A stretch of DNA of 59,274 bases, filler included. It is 4 parts of 4 records of this genome, joined end to end, with 100 filler letters (N's around TTAATTAATTAA, not from the genome) between each part and the next. Parts side by side here need not be neighbours in the genome. Positions count along the whole stretch, not along the records: positions 17,751 to 23,637 come from SRR20825019_227; positions 23,738 to 53,158 come from SRR20825019_228; 2 more parts are not named here. One strand, written 5' to 3'. The notes under the pieces are model-generated. The model saw only the letters and a program-made list of their open reading frames with translations. It was not told the origin of the DNA and did not search any database. Each line of letters begins with the position of its first letter. The stretch's first letter is position 1. This document shows positions 21,767-31,377 of the stretch, one piece after another. A program made the position numbers and the translations under genes.

Positions 21767-23125
21767 ATGAGTAATTCTTTAATTCAAAAATACAATGTTC
21801 CTGGGCCTAGATATACAAGTTATCCTACAGTGCCATTTTGGGACTCAAGTACTTTCTCTTCAGAAAAATGGAAAACTTCAATTAAACAATCGTTCTCAGA
21901 AAATAATGGAGAGTTAAGTCTTTATATTCATTTACCATATTGCGAAAGCTTGTGTACTTTTTGTGGGTGTCATAAGCGAATTACAAAACGACATGAATTA
22001 GAATCGCCGTATATAAAAACTCTTTTAGAAGAGTGGAAACTATATTTATTTTTATTTGAAACTACTCCTAAAGTTAAAGAAATTCATCTAGGAGGTGGGA
22101 CTCCAACTTTTTTTTCAGCAGAAAACCTCAAGCAATTAATCGATGGGATTTTTAAATATGCTGAAAAAGCAGATGATTATGAATTCAGTTTTGAAGGACA
22201 TCCAAATAATACAACAAAGGAACATTTACAAACACTATATAATTTAGGGTTTAGAAGGGTTAGTTATGGGGTTCAAGATTATAATCTGGAGATACAGCAA
22301 GCAATACACAGAATACAACCTTTTGAAAATGTAAAAAAAGCGACCGATTTGGCTAGGGAGATTGGTTACACATCTATAAGTCATGATTTAATTTTTGGTT
22401 TGCCATTTCAGAAAATGGAACATGTGGTAGACACTATCAATAAAACCTTGTTATTAATGCCAGAACGAATAGCTTTTTATAGTTATGCTCATGTGCCATG
22501 GGTAAAGGGAAACGGGCAAAGAGGGTTTGATGAAAATGATATTCCGAAGGGAGATGAGAAACGTACTTTGTATGAAACTGGTAAAAAATTATTGGAAGAG
22601 TTGGGGTATATTGAAATCGGAATGGATCATTTTGCGCTAAAAAGAGACAGCCTAACCATGGCGATGAATGAGAAAGAATTACATCGTAATTTTATGGGAT
22701 ATACTACCCAAAAAACAAATATGATGATTGGGCTTGGAGCATCTAGTATAAGCGATAGTTGGTATGCATTTGCTCAAAATGTAAAAAATATAGAGGAGTA
22801 CTCGCAGTTGGTGGAAGAAGGAATTATACCCGTTTTTCGAGGACATGTTTTAGATAAAGAAGATTTGATAATTAGGAAGCATATTTTAAATTTAATGTGT
22901 AACCTTCAGACTTCATGGGAAAGTTCTGATAGCATTTTTGAAGACTTACCTAATGTAGTGACTGCTCTATCTGAATTTGAAAACGATGGACTAATTTCAA
23001 TTTGTAGAGGTCGGCTTATTGTAAATGAAAAGGGGAGACCATTTGTAAGAAATATTTGCATGGCTTTTGATATGTACTTAAAGAAATCAAAACCTGAAAA
23101 TAAGTTATTCTCAATGACTGTTTAG
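21767..23125 (+). CDS. hemN: Oxygen-independent coproporphyrinogen III oxidase
   Basis: 'KYNVPGPRYTSYPT', radical SAM CxxxCxxC (CESLCTFCGC), 'HLGGGTPT', 'GMDHFA' and 'LHRNFMGY'. Confidence 0.97.
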   Translation: MSNSLIQKYNVPGPRYTSYPTVPFWDSSTFSSEKWKTSIKQSFSENNGELSLYIHLPYCESLCTFCGCHKRITKRHELESPYIKTLLEEWKLYLFLFETTPKVKEIHLGGGTPTFFSAENLKQLIDGIFKYAEKADDYEFSFEGHPNNTTKEHLQTLYNLGFRRVSYGVQDYNLEIQQAIHRIQPFENVKKATDLAREIGYTSISHDLIFGLPFQKMEHVVDTINKTLLLMPERIAFYSYAHVPWVKGNGQRGFDENDIPKGDEKRTLYETGKKLLEELGYIEIGMDHFALKRDSLTMAMNEKELHRNFMGYTTQKTNMMIGLGASSISDSWYAFAQNVKNIEEYSQLVEEGIIPVFRGHVLDKEDLIIRKHILNLMCNLQTSWESSDSIFEDLPNVVTALSEFENDGLISICRGRLIVNEKGRPFVRNICMAFDMYLKKSKPENKLFSMTV

Positions 23126-23167
23126 TAGCTTTTTAGAGTTTAGAGAGGGGTGCTCAAAAAAATATTT

Positions 23168-23637
23168 TTAAGGAACAATACAATCGGGATTGGCTTTTAC
23201 CATTAATTGAATGTCCGATGGCGACAGGTATGGGATTCCCAAACCTAAGCCGCGTACAATAAATAATATACCTATACAGATAACGAAAACAGGAATTGCT
23301 TTCGTTATTTTTTTTCGTACAGAAACCGATAAGAAATTGCCTAAATAAACAGCACTTGTCATTAACGGAATGGTTCCTAATCCGAAGAAAACCATATAGA
23401 TGGAGCTTTGGTAGGGATTGCCTAATGCTATGGCAGTAAATAACGCCATATAAACTAATCCGCATGGGAGGAACCCATTTAAAAAGCCAATTGAAAAGAG
23501 TGCTGAAGTTTTTTTCTTTTTAAGCTGTTTTCCTAATGCCGATTGTACTCTGGAAATCCAAAGCATCATCTTTTTTGTAATGAGATTACTTTTAGTTTTT
23601 TTTAAAGGAATTAATGCAATTAAAATAATAATAATGC
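23168..23637 (-). CDS. TauE/SafE / DsbD_2-type membrane protein (5' truncated), often associated with cbb3 oxidase maturation
   Basis: 'GFLNGFLPCGLVY' and 'FGLGTIPLM' motifs. Confidence 0.85.
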
Positions 23638-23737
23638 NNNNNNNNNNNNNNNNNNNNNNNNNNNNNNNNNNNNNNNNNNNNTTAATTAATTAANNNNNNN
23701 NNNNNNNNNNNNNNNNNNNNNNNNNNNNNNNNNNNNN
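23638..23737. other. Artificial contig spacer
   Basis: N-run with the TTAATTAATTAA linker. Confidence 0.99.
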
Positions 23738-24982
23738 CACTCTATCTTCCGCCCAATACATATCGCTGGTAGCATGTGTGGGTTGCACGGAAGGCAAAAT
23801 ATTATCAGAAAAATAATCGAAATCTGTTTCTGAAATAATCTGTGCATGCTCTACACGCCAACGTCTATCATTTTTTCCCTCCAACACATTTTTATAGGTT
23901 CGTAAAACCGAAATATTTGCAGAATCGCCAATTGCATGTGTATTCATTTGAAACTCTGAATCGGCAATCTTTTCAGCCAACTTATTTAAATGATCTGTAG
24001 GCGTAATCATCGCTCCAAAATGCTCCGGCATATCGCTATATGGGCTTCGCATGGCAGCGCCACGTGAACCTAAAGCCCCATCGCCATAAATTTTAAAGGA
24101 GCGCACATTCAACCGATCGGTTTTATAAATACCATTATTTAGATAGTAAGCTACATTTTCAGGCGTATTGCTTACCATGGCATACATTCGTAATTTGAAT
24201 TTTTCTTGCTTTTGAAGTGTATCAATCAACTCAATAATATTTCGATTAAGCCCTGCATCATCAACAGTTGTTAACCCATATTGAAAACATATTTTTTCGG
24301 CTTCTAAAAGTGCTTCGGTTGAAAAAGCCTCCGTAATTTCAGGAAAAGTTTTATCGATAAGATCCATCGGACTATCAATCAGAATACCTGTAGTTTCGCC
24401 ATTATCTATAACCACTTCACCCCCAGGAATTTTTGTTTTTGAAGTAATTTTAGCAAGTTCTAAAGCTTTTGAATTTACCAAATACGCATGCCCATCTACA
24501 CGTTGTAACGCAACGGGTGTATCAGGAAAAAGTGAATCCAATTCTTTTTTTGTTGGAAAATTTTTATCCTCCCAATCATTTTGATCCCAGCCTCTACCTA
24601 TTATATATGAAGTGTTTTTTACTTCTTGAAAAGCTAAAACACGACCTAAAACTTCTTCAAAACTTGTAGTCCCTGTTAAATCAACATTTTGAAGTCCAAG
24701 ACCCAAACCGTACAAATGTGCATGTGCATCTATAAGTCCAGGAACAACGGTATTCCCTTTTGCATCATAGGTTTCAGTGATTTTATATTTTAACTCAAGT
24801 TCAGGTTTTAAACCTATTTCTAGGATTTTTCCGTCTTTAACTACAACTGCATTTGCAGTACTAAAATCTTTATCTACCGTGTAAATTGTAGCATTTTTTA
24901 TTAGTAAATCTGCGGGTAGTTTATCTGGAGCACACGAAAAAATAGTGAATGCTAAAAAAAGAAATAGTAGTTTTTTCATCAT
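23738..24982 (-). CDS. Amidohydrolase 3 (YtcJ-like) lipoprotein, 3' truncated
   Basis: Lipobox IFS-C, 'PGLIDAHAH', 'GRGWDQ', 'DGALGSRGA', 'HAIGD' and 'RVEHAQ'. Confidence 0.92.
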
Positions 24983-25006
24983 TGGTTTATTAAAGTGTAA
25001 AAATAG

Positions 25007-25033
25007 AAAACATCCGCTAAAGACGGATGTTTT
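25007..25033 (-). terminator. Intrinsic terminator-like hairpin downstream of the OM barrel gene
   Basis: AAAACATCCG-CTAAAGA-CGGATGTTTT perfect inverted repeat. Confidence 0.75.
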
Positions 25034-25055
25034 AGAAAATTATAATTTTTAGCAG

Positions 25056-26792
25056 TTACCAATCAAATTTATAAGTAGCTCCAGCCAAACCCTGAATTCC
25101 TTGAACTGGATAGTTTATCCATTTTTCATAGGTATCGCTAAGAAGATTACTTCCTTTTACAAATACAGAAAGCCTATCGGTAAATCTATATCCAAAATTA
25201 ATATTGGCATCAAGGTAACCGTCTAAGGTTATTTCTTGACCAGTAGAAGGTATAATTAGGCTTTCATTAGCAACAAGTTCCTTACGTTCACCCACATAAA
25301 ACAAGGAAGCACCTCCAAATAATTTTTCAGTAATATTGAAATTTGAAAATACAGAAGCCTTTAAATTAGGTAGGTTCCATGCTTCACTTTGAAAATCGGT
25401 GCTATAATTATAATAATTGACATTGATTCCTAAGGAAAATCTATCAGAAACCTCAACATTTAATTCACCAAAAAAAGCAAGTGTATTTATAGCGTCGTAA
25501 ACAACATTAAAAGAATTTCCATATTCATAACCTTCAAAATTTTGGGTTATGGTTTTAATAGGATTAACTTGAAAAAGTGCGTGATTCTCGTCTTTTCCAT
25601 AGGAAGCTCTTACATTATAACCTACAGAGTTTGATAGTTTTCCTTTAATTCCTCCAAAACCTTCGTACACCTTTTTAGTTGGAGCAATATAAAGTGTAGG
25701 TGAAATAAATGGGTTTTCTTCTTTCAAATTATAATACGTATTTTGACTTAAACCACCTTCTGCCCCACCATAAACAATCACCGTTTCATCCAACAATCTA
25801 TACGAAATATTTAACCTTGGGTATAATGAAAAATCGGTTTCACTATTTTCAGAATCTAAGCTTACGTATGCCGCAACACCTAAAGAAACCGAAAGATCTT
25901 CGTTAACAAAAGCAAGTGAAGGAGCAAGGCCAGCATTTAAAAAACTGTATTCAATGCTAGTTGTATTTGCATAATTTCTATCAAAACTTCCACTTAAGTA
26001 ATCAATATCTCCCACAACATGCAACGTTAAATTTTCTAATGGAAAAGAAAACTCTGGTTTTAGTGTGGCGTTAATTTCTGAAGAAGCAAAAGCATCTCCT
26101 AAATAACGAATGTTTAGCATTGCTTTTTCAAAAAACGAATCTTCTAATGCGATACTTCCGCCAACATAGCCACTGAAATAACTTTGTTGTGGGTCAATGC
26201 TCCCAATGGTTTCTTCCGTAAAAGCAGCAAACTCCTCTGGCAATCCATACCAGTTATAAAGTTGGTGCTCCACGCCTGCATCGAGCCTATACGTTGCATC
26301 TTTTTGCCTACTTGTATAATTGGCATCTAGGCTGGTATCGTAATATTTATTGTCCAATTTCACGTCTTTTATATCGCCTTGAGATGAATTATGGCGAAAG
26401 AAAAAACCGGCATTATCGGTTCGACTTATTTCAAGATTACTATAAAGTTCACCCAAAATTGAAGTGTAATTTCCAAAACCTAAAGTTGCATAATTATCAT
26501 ACAATTTAATCGGTTTTGCTTTTTCAACTGTTGTAGCTTTTCCTTTTGCGGGTGTAAAAGTTGAAGCCACAGGTACAGAAAAAATGCTGTATTTCACTTC
26601 TTTTTTTATGGTAGAAACAGAATCGTTTAACGTTGCGGTTTCCTTTACTTTAAAAGCATCCGAAATTGTTGGAGTATATGGTTTTACAACGTTTACAACC
26701 TCAGGATCAAGTTCTTTTTCTTGTGAAAACATTGAAAAACTGAACACTAAACTTGCTACGAATGAAAATAATACAATGCGCTTTTTTGACAT
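25056..26792 (-). CDS. Conserved Bacteroidetes outer-membrane beta-barrel (TonB-dependent-receptor-like)
   Basis: Signal peptide, 'EVVNVVKPYTPTISDAFK' N-terminus, alternating beta-strand pattern and C-terminal 'GATYKFDW'. Confidence 0.8.
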   Translation of the reverse strand: MSKKRIVLFSFVASLVFSFSMFSQEKELDPEVVNVVKPYTPTISDAFKVKETATLNDSVSTIKKEVKYSIFSVPVASTFTPAKGKATTVEKAKPIKLYDNYATLGFGNYTSILGELYSNLEISRTDNAGFFFRHNSSQGDIKDVKLDNKYYDTSLDANYTSRQKDATYRLDAGVEHQLYNWYGLPEEFAAFTEETIGSIDPQQSYFSGYVGGSIALEDSFFEKAMLNIRYLGDAFASSEINATLKPEFSFPLENLTLHVVGDIDYLSGSFDRNYANTTSIEYSFLNAGLAPSLAFVNEDLSVSLGVAAYVSLDSENSETDFSLYPRLNISYRLLDETVIVYGGAEGGLSQNTYYNLKEENPFISPTLYIAPTKKVYEGFGGIKGKLSNSVGYNVRASYGKDENHALFQVNPIKTITQNFEGYEYGNSFNVVYDAINTLAFFGELNVEVSDRFSLGINVNYYNYSTDFQSEAWNLPNLKASVFSNFNITEKLFGGASLFYVGERKELVANESLIIPSTGQEITLDGYLDANINFGYRFTDRLSVFVKGSNLLSDTYEKWINYPVQGIQGLAGATYKFDW

Positions 26793-26822
26793 GTTTATAA
26801 ATATATCGTTTAAAATAATTTC

Positions 26823-29800
26823 TTAGTTTCCGTTAGTTTCAACGGATGAATTGGTTTTTGCTTCTGCATTTTTGATTACGGCAAGCTCCCCTTTTGCTTC
26901 CTCAATAACATCTGGAAAATCTGTGAAATTGTTGATTACACTTTCCAAAATATAGGTTGCTTGATACGCATCTTTCAAGGCATAAAAGTTTTTAGCCATC
27001 AACACCAAACCTTTTGCCCCATAGCGTTTATAGCCAGAATAATCTTTCGCCAATCGCTGCACAGAAGCATTTGAAGCTTCAAAATTACTTTCCTTGTTTT
27101 TGAAATAAGCATCGTAATAAAGTGCTTCAGCAGCAAGTTGTCCTGTTGCTATTTTTCCAACTTCAGCATAAGCAGTTTTGGCTTTTGCTTCGTTATTCGT
27201 TTTCATTGCAGAACGTGCAATAATCACTTGCGCATCACTTTTAATTGAATTGTCAATTTTTGAGTTTTGAAGTACTTTTTCAGCGTAATTTACTGCTTCG
27301 GCGTATTGTTTTAATTCATACGATGCCTTCATACTATTGGTCTGCGCAAAGATTATATTCTGAGGAAAATCTGCTTCAGCTTCCAAACGTGTTAAATATT
27401 TTAGCGCATTTTTATATTCTTTTTTACCCAAATACAATTCTGAAACGCGCGCCAAGGCTTGTTCTGTAAATTCACTACGCTCTCTATTTACCACAAATTC
27501 GAAATGTGGAATCGCTTCCTCATTTTTTTCATCTGAAAAATATATTTGACCCAAATAAAAATGTGCATTTAATGCGTGTTGCCCATTCGGGAACTGCTTC
27601 AAATATCCTTGAAAACGCATTTTAGCCTGCGACTGATTATTCTCTAAATACGGTTGTTCCGCAGCCAAATACGTTGCGTCATCAAGTTCCGTATCGCCTA
27701 CTTGCACATAATCTAAGGTTTTCACCCATCGTGCATATTCGTCTACATTTCCTTGATCTATATAAATAATTTTTGCAGAAGAAACAGCTTGCAATGCTTC
27801 GGGAGTAGATGGAAAATCTTTCGCAACACGCTTAAAAATTGCCAAAGCTTCGTTACTTTTTCCTGTATTATCATAAATCAAAGCCTTTTTCAACAGTGCT
27901 TTTGAAACAAAACTACTGTTTGGAATATCACGAATCATCTGGTCGTAGGCAGAAATTGCTTCCTCATTTTTATTTTGCGCCACATAGGCATTCCCTAATT
28001 CATACAAAGCATCATCGCGATAAACAGATTTTGGATATTTTTTTACGAAAGCAATTAATTCTTCAATTTTCTTTTCGCTTCTATCTACAAAACCGTAGCT
28101 AATTGCTTTTTGAAACTGCGCATAATCGTTGTCGCCACCCAATTCAATTGCAGCATTGTAGTTTTCCATTGCTGGCCAATACTGGCTGGTTACAAAATAA
28201 CTATCGCCCAAACGCAAAAAAGCATCCCTTTTACGTGCTGTTTCAGCAGTGGAAGTGTTGGCGTAACTTTTGAAATTCGCTATTGCCTCTGGGTAATTTT
28301 TAAGTTTGAAGTAGTTATACGCCAAATTATACTTTAAATTCTTGTATTCTGAAGTGTTTTGCGAGCCAGACAGTTTTTGAAATGCATCGTATCCAGTCAA
28401 CGATTTTTCAAAATTTGAAAGCTGGTAATCACTTTCTGCTTTCCAATAAGTAGCACGCGCTGTGAAATTTGAATCTTGTGGTTCATTCAAACTTTTGTCA
28501 AAATATGTAATTGCTTCCTTATAATTTGATTCATTATAAAGCTCTATTCCTCTGTAAAAAGCAACTTTTTGATACGCAGTTTTATCTGCAAAATTTTTGT
28601 TGTTCTCCAATAAATTCAACGCTTCCTTATAATTTTTTGAAGTAATATAACTGTCTATTAGCAGTTTTTTAAGTTCATCGTTATTCGCATTATTTGGATA
28701 TTTTTCTATGAAAGAAAGCAAAACTTGTGGGGTGCTTTTATAGCTATTACCAATTTCATAACTCAATTTGGCATAATTTAAATAAGCGTCTTCTTGAATT
28801 TCGGTATTAAAATCCATTTCTGAAGCATTTTTAAAAGCATTCAATGCTTCTTGTTTTTTAGCTAGTTTTAAGTAGCTTTCCGCCAAATGATAATAGGCAT
28901 TTTGGGCAACAGCATTTTTTCCATCTACAATTTTATTAAACTCCCCAACCGCTCTTTCATATTCATTCTGTTTGTAATATGCGTAGCCCAATTGGTAATA
29001 ATCTGTGTTATTCCACTTGCCGCGTGTGCCTTTATATTCCTTTAAATACGGGATTGCTTCTGAATAATTCTCTAGATTAAAATAACTTTCACCAATAATT
29101 TTAGACAGTTGACTTTTCTCTTCAGCATTACTTTTTCCAAACTGCTCCTTCCCCATATCAATTGCTTTTTGGAAATTTCCGAGCTTAAAATTCATATCTG
29201 CTTGGTAATAGGAAAGGTCTTCAGAATAACGTTCCTCCCCTTTTACATCCTCAAAATTTTTGTTTGCCTCTTCATAATCATCGCCTTCGTAAGCAATAAA
29301 CCCTAAATAATATTTTGCTTGTGAGCCATATTTCTGTGAAGTAGAAACTTTATTGAAATATGTTTTCGCTTCGTCATATCGTTTCGCTTTAAAATAAACA
29401 TAGCCATTATTAAAGTTAAACCGCTCCTGCTCGTTTCGGCTTAAGCTATTTTCAGCAACTTTATCATACCATTTTTGAGCGTAGGAATATTTTCCGTTTT
29501 CAAAATAATAATTCGCCACATCAATGTAAGCAGAATTACGTTTGATGCTCGTTGGGTATTTCTCCACAAATTTTTCCATAAGCTGATCGGCATTTTGCTG
29601 GTTTAACCGCACCGCCGCATTCGCTATATAATACGCACAATCGCTTTGCACCGTTATATTAGTACTACTGCTTTCTATTTTATCAAAAAGACTTTGGGCT
29701 GCTAAATACTGCCCATTATTATAAAGCTCCAATGCTTGGTTAAATGCAGCAAGGTCATTAGTATAAATTGCAGTTTGTTGCGAAAATGAGGTATATGAAA

Positions 29801-29840
29801 GCGCTAGAAAAAGTGAAAAGACACAGAAATTCTTTATCAT
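26823..29840 (-). CDS. Large secreted/periplasmic tetratricopeptide-repeat protein
   Basis: Signal peptide and numerous TPR motifs (e.g. 'AYYHLAESYLKL', 'ALYELGNAY', 'AHFYLGQIYF'). Confidence 0.9.
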   Translation of the reverse strand: MIKNFCVFSLFLALSYTSFSQQTAIYTNDLAAFNQALELYNNGQYLAAQSLFDKIESSSTNITVQSDCAYYIANAAVRLNQQNADQLMEKFVEKYPTSIKRNSAYIDVANYYFENGKYSYAQKWYDKVAENSLSRNEQERFNFNNGYVYFKAKRYDEAKTYFNKVSTSQKYGSQAKYYLGFIAYEGDDYEEANKNFEDVKGEERYSEDLSYYQADMNFKLGNFQKAIDMGKEQFGKSNAEEKSQLSKIIGESYFNLENYSEAIPYLKEYKGTRGKWNNTDYYQLGYAYYKQNEYERAVGEFNKIVDGKNAVAQNAYYHLAESYLKLAKKQEALNAFKNASEMDFNTEIQEDAYLNYAKLSYEIGNSYKSTPQVLLSFIEKYPNNANNDELKKLLIDSYITSKNYKEALNLLENNKNFADKTAYQKVAFYRGIELYNESNYKEAITYFDKSLNEPQDSNFTARATYWKAESDYQLSNFEKSLTGYDAFQKLSGSQNTSEYKNLKYNLAYNYFKLKNYPEAIANFKSYANTSTAETARKRDAFLRLGDSYFVTSQYWPAMENYNAAIELGGDNDYAQFQKAISYGFVDRSEKKIEELIAFVKKYPKSVYRDDALYELGNAYVAQNKNEEAISAYDQMIRDIPNSSFVSKALLKKALIYDNTGKSNEALAIFKRVAKDFPSTPEALQAVSSAKIIYIDQGNVDEYARWVKTLDYVQVGDTELDDATYLAAEQPYLENNQSQAKMRFQGYLKQFPNGQHALNAHFYLGQIYFSDEKNEEAIPHFEFVVNRERSEFTEQALARVSELYLGKKEYKNALKYLTRLEAEADFPQNIIFAQTNSMKASYELKQYAEAVNYAEKVLQNSKIDNSIKSDAQVIIARSAMKTNNEAKAKTAYAEVGKIATGQLAAEALYYDAYFKNKESNFEASNASVQRLAKDYSGYKRYGAKGLVLMAKNFYALKDAYQATYILESVINNFTDFPDVIEEAKGELAVIKNAEAKTNSSVETNGN

Positions 29841-30070
29841 TATTTACAGTTTTTTGAGGCGTAAAGATATTTAACTTTAAAGGTAGCTTTCTGCGATACT
29901 GTAAATTTTTAGGGTTTTATTAACGAATAGATTTTGAAGCAAATTTTCTTAGAATTATAACGTTTAAAAAAAGCAATAAGTATATAACTCTGAAACAGAA
30001 TTAAACACAAGATGATTACTCAAAAAAAATACTGTAATTTTAAAATTTTAAAAAATTTAAATATATTATT

Positions 30071-30529
30071 ATGAAGAAGATAGTGATGCTTGTTCTATTC
30101 TTTACTTCTATTTCAGTGCTAGCACAACGAAATCCTTTTTCAAATCTTTCCGAAAAAAACGGTAAAATTGGTATTGGCACCACCACTCCCGATGAACTTT
30201 TAACGGTAAAAGGAAAAATACACACCCAAGAAGTATTGGTAGATTTGGAAGGCGCAATTGCACCCGATTATGTTTTTGAAACCTATTTTGCAGGTTTTTC
30301 AGAAATGATGCCAAATTATAAATTGATTTCTTTAGAAGAATTAGAAGTTTTTATAAAAGAAAATAACCATCTACCAAATGTTCCTTCTGCAGAAACCATG
30401 AAAAATGAGGGCATTTCATTAAAAGAAATGAATTTAATACTACTTCAAAAAATTGAGGAATTAACACTTTATACGCTTCAGCAGCAAAAAGAAATTGATG
30501 CATTAAAAGAAAAATTTTCAGAAAATTAA
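30071..30529 (+). CDS. Small secreted protein with Bacteroidetes 'GIGTTxP' tail-fibre-like motif and C-terminal chaperone-like/coiled-coil domain
   Basis: Signal peptide ending VLA-Q; 'GKIGIGTTTPDELLTVKGKIH', 'PDYVFE', 'FIKENNHLPNVPSA' and 'LLQKIEELTLY'. Confidence 0.75.
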   Translation: MKKIVMLVLFFTSISVLAQRNPFSNLSEKNGKIGIGTTTPDELLTVKGKIHTQEVLVDLEGAIAPDYVFETYFAGFSEMMPNYKLISLEELEVFIKENNHLPNVPSAETMKNEGISLKEMNLILLQKIEELTLYTLQQQKEIDALKEKFSEN

Positions 30530-30615
30530 ATATGTTGATAGTATTGAGTTGCAGTTTGCAGTAATTCAAATTACTTTTGAAATCGAAATTGACAATCCTA
30601 AATCTAAAATCCACA

Positions 30616-31299
30616 ATGGCCGATAACGTATTATTTTTAAAAGATGCATCTATATTTCAAGGAGAAAACTTAGTGCTTTCAGATGTTTCTGTTTCCGTTG
30701 AAAAAGGTGAATTTGTGTATTTAATTGGGAAAACCGGTACTGGAAAAAGTAGTTTTATGAAAACCCTTTATGGCGATCTTCCGCTTCAAGAAGGCAAAGG
30801 AAATATTGTGGGGTATGATTTGGCAACATTGAAAGAAAAAGACATCCCTTTTTTAAGAAGAAAATTGGGCGTTGTTTTTCAAGATTTTAAATTATTAAAC
30901 GACCGAACAGTACGTGATAACTTATATTTTGTGCTTACAGCTACTGGCTGGAAAGACAAAATTGCTATGGAAAGCAAAATAAATGAAGTGTTGGATAAAG
31001 TATCTATGAAAACGAAAGCTTTCAAATATCCGTATCAACTTTCTGGTGGAGAGCAACAACGTGTAGCAATTGCTAGAGCCCTTTTAAATGACCCAGAACT
31101 AATTCTTGCCGACGAGCCAACAGGAAACCTTGACCCACAAACCAGTGTGGAAGTAATGGAGGTTTTACGTGAAATAAACAAAAACGGTAATACAATTTTA
31201 ATGGCTACGCATGATTATGCTTTGTTATTAAAGTATCCTTCAAAAACTTTAAAATGTGATGAAAATCAGATTTTTGAAGTAGTGCAAAAAACAGTTTAA
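30616..31299 (+). CDS. ftsE: Cell division ATP-binding protein FtsE-like ABC ATPase
   Basis: Walker A GKTGTGKS, '[18 protein letters not shown]', [17 protein letters not shown] and MATHD. Confidence 0.85.
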   Translation: MADNVLFLKDASIFQGENLVLSDVSVSVEKGEFVYLIGKTGTGKSSFMKTLYGDLPLQEGKGNIVGYDLATLKEKDIPFLRRKLGVVFQDFKLLNDRTVRDNLYFVLTATGWKDKIAMESKINEVLDKVSMKTKAFKYPYQLSGGEQQRVAIARALLNDPELILADEPTGNLDPQTSVEVMEVLREINKNGNTILMATHDYALLLKYPSKTLKCDENQIFEVVQKTV

Positions 31300-31377
31300 A
31301 GAAAGTATTCAGTAACAGCTGGCAGTCTGAAACTTAATTATTGAAACTCGCATTCTGTTTCAAAAAAAAGTAAGTTT

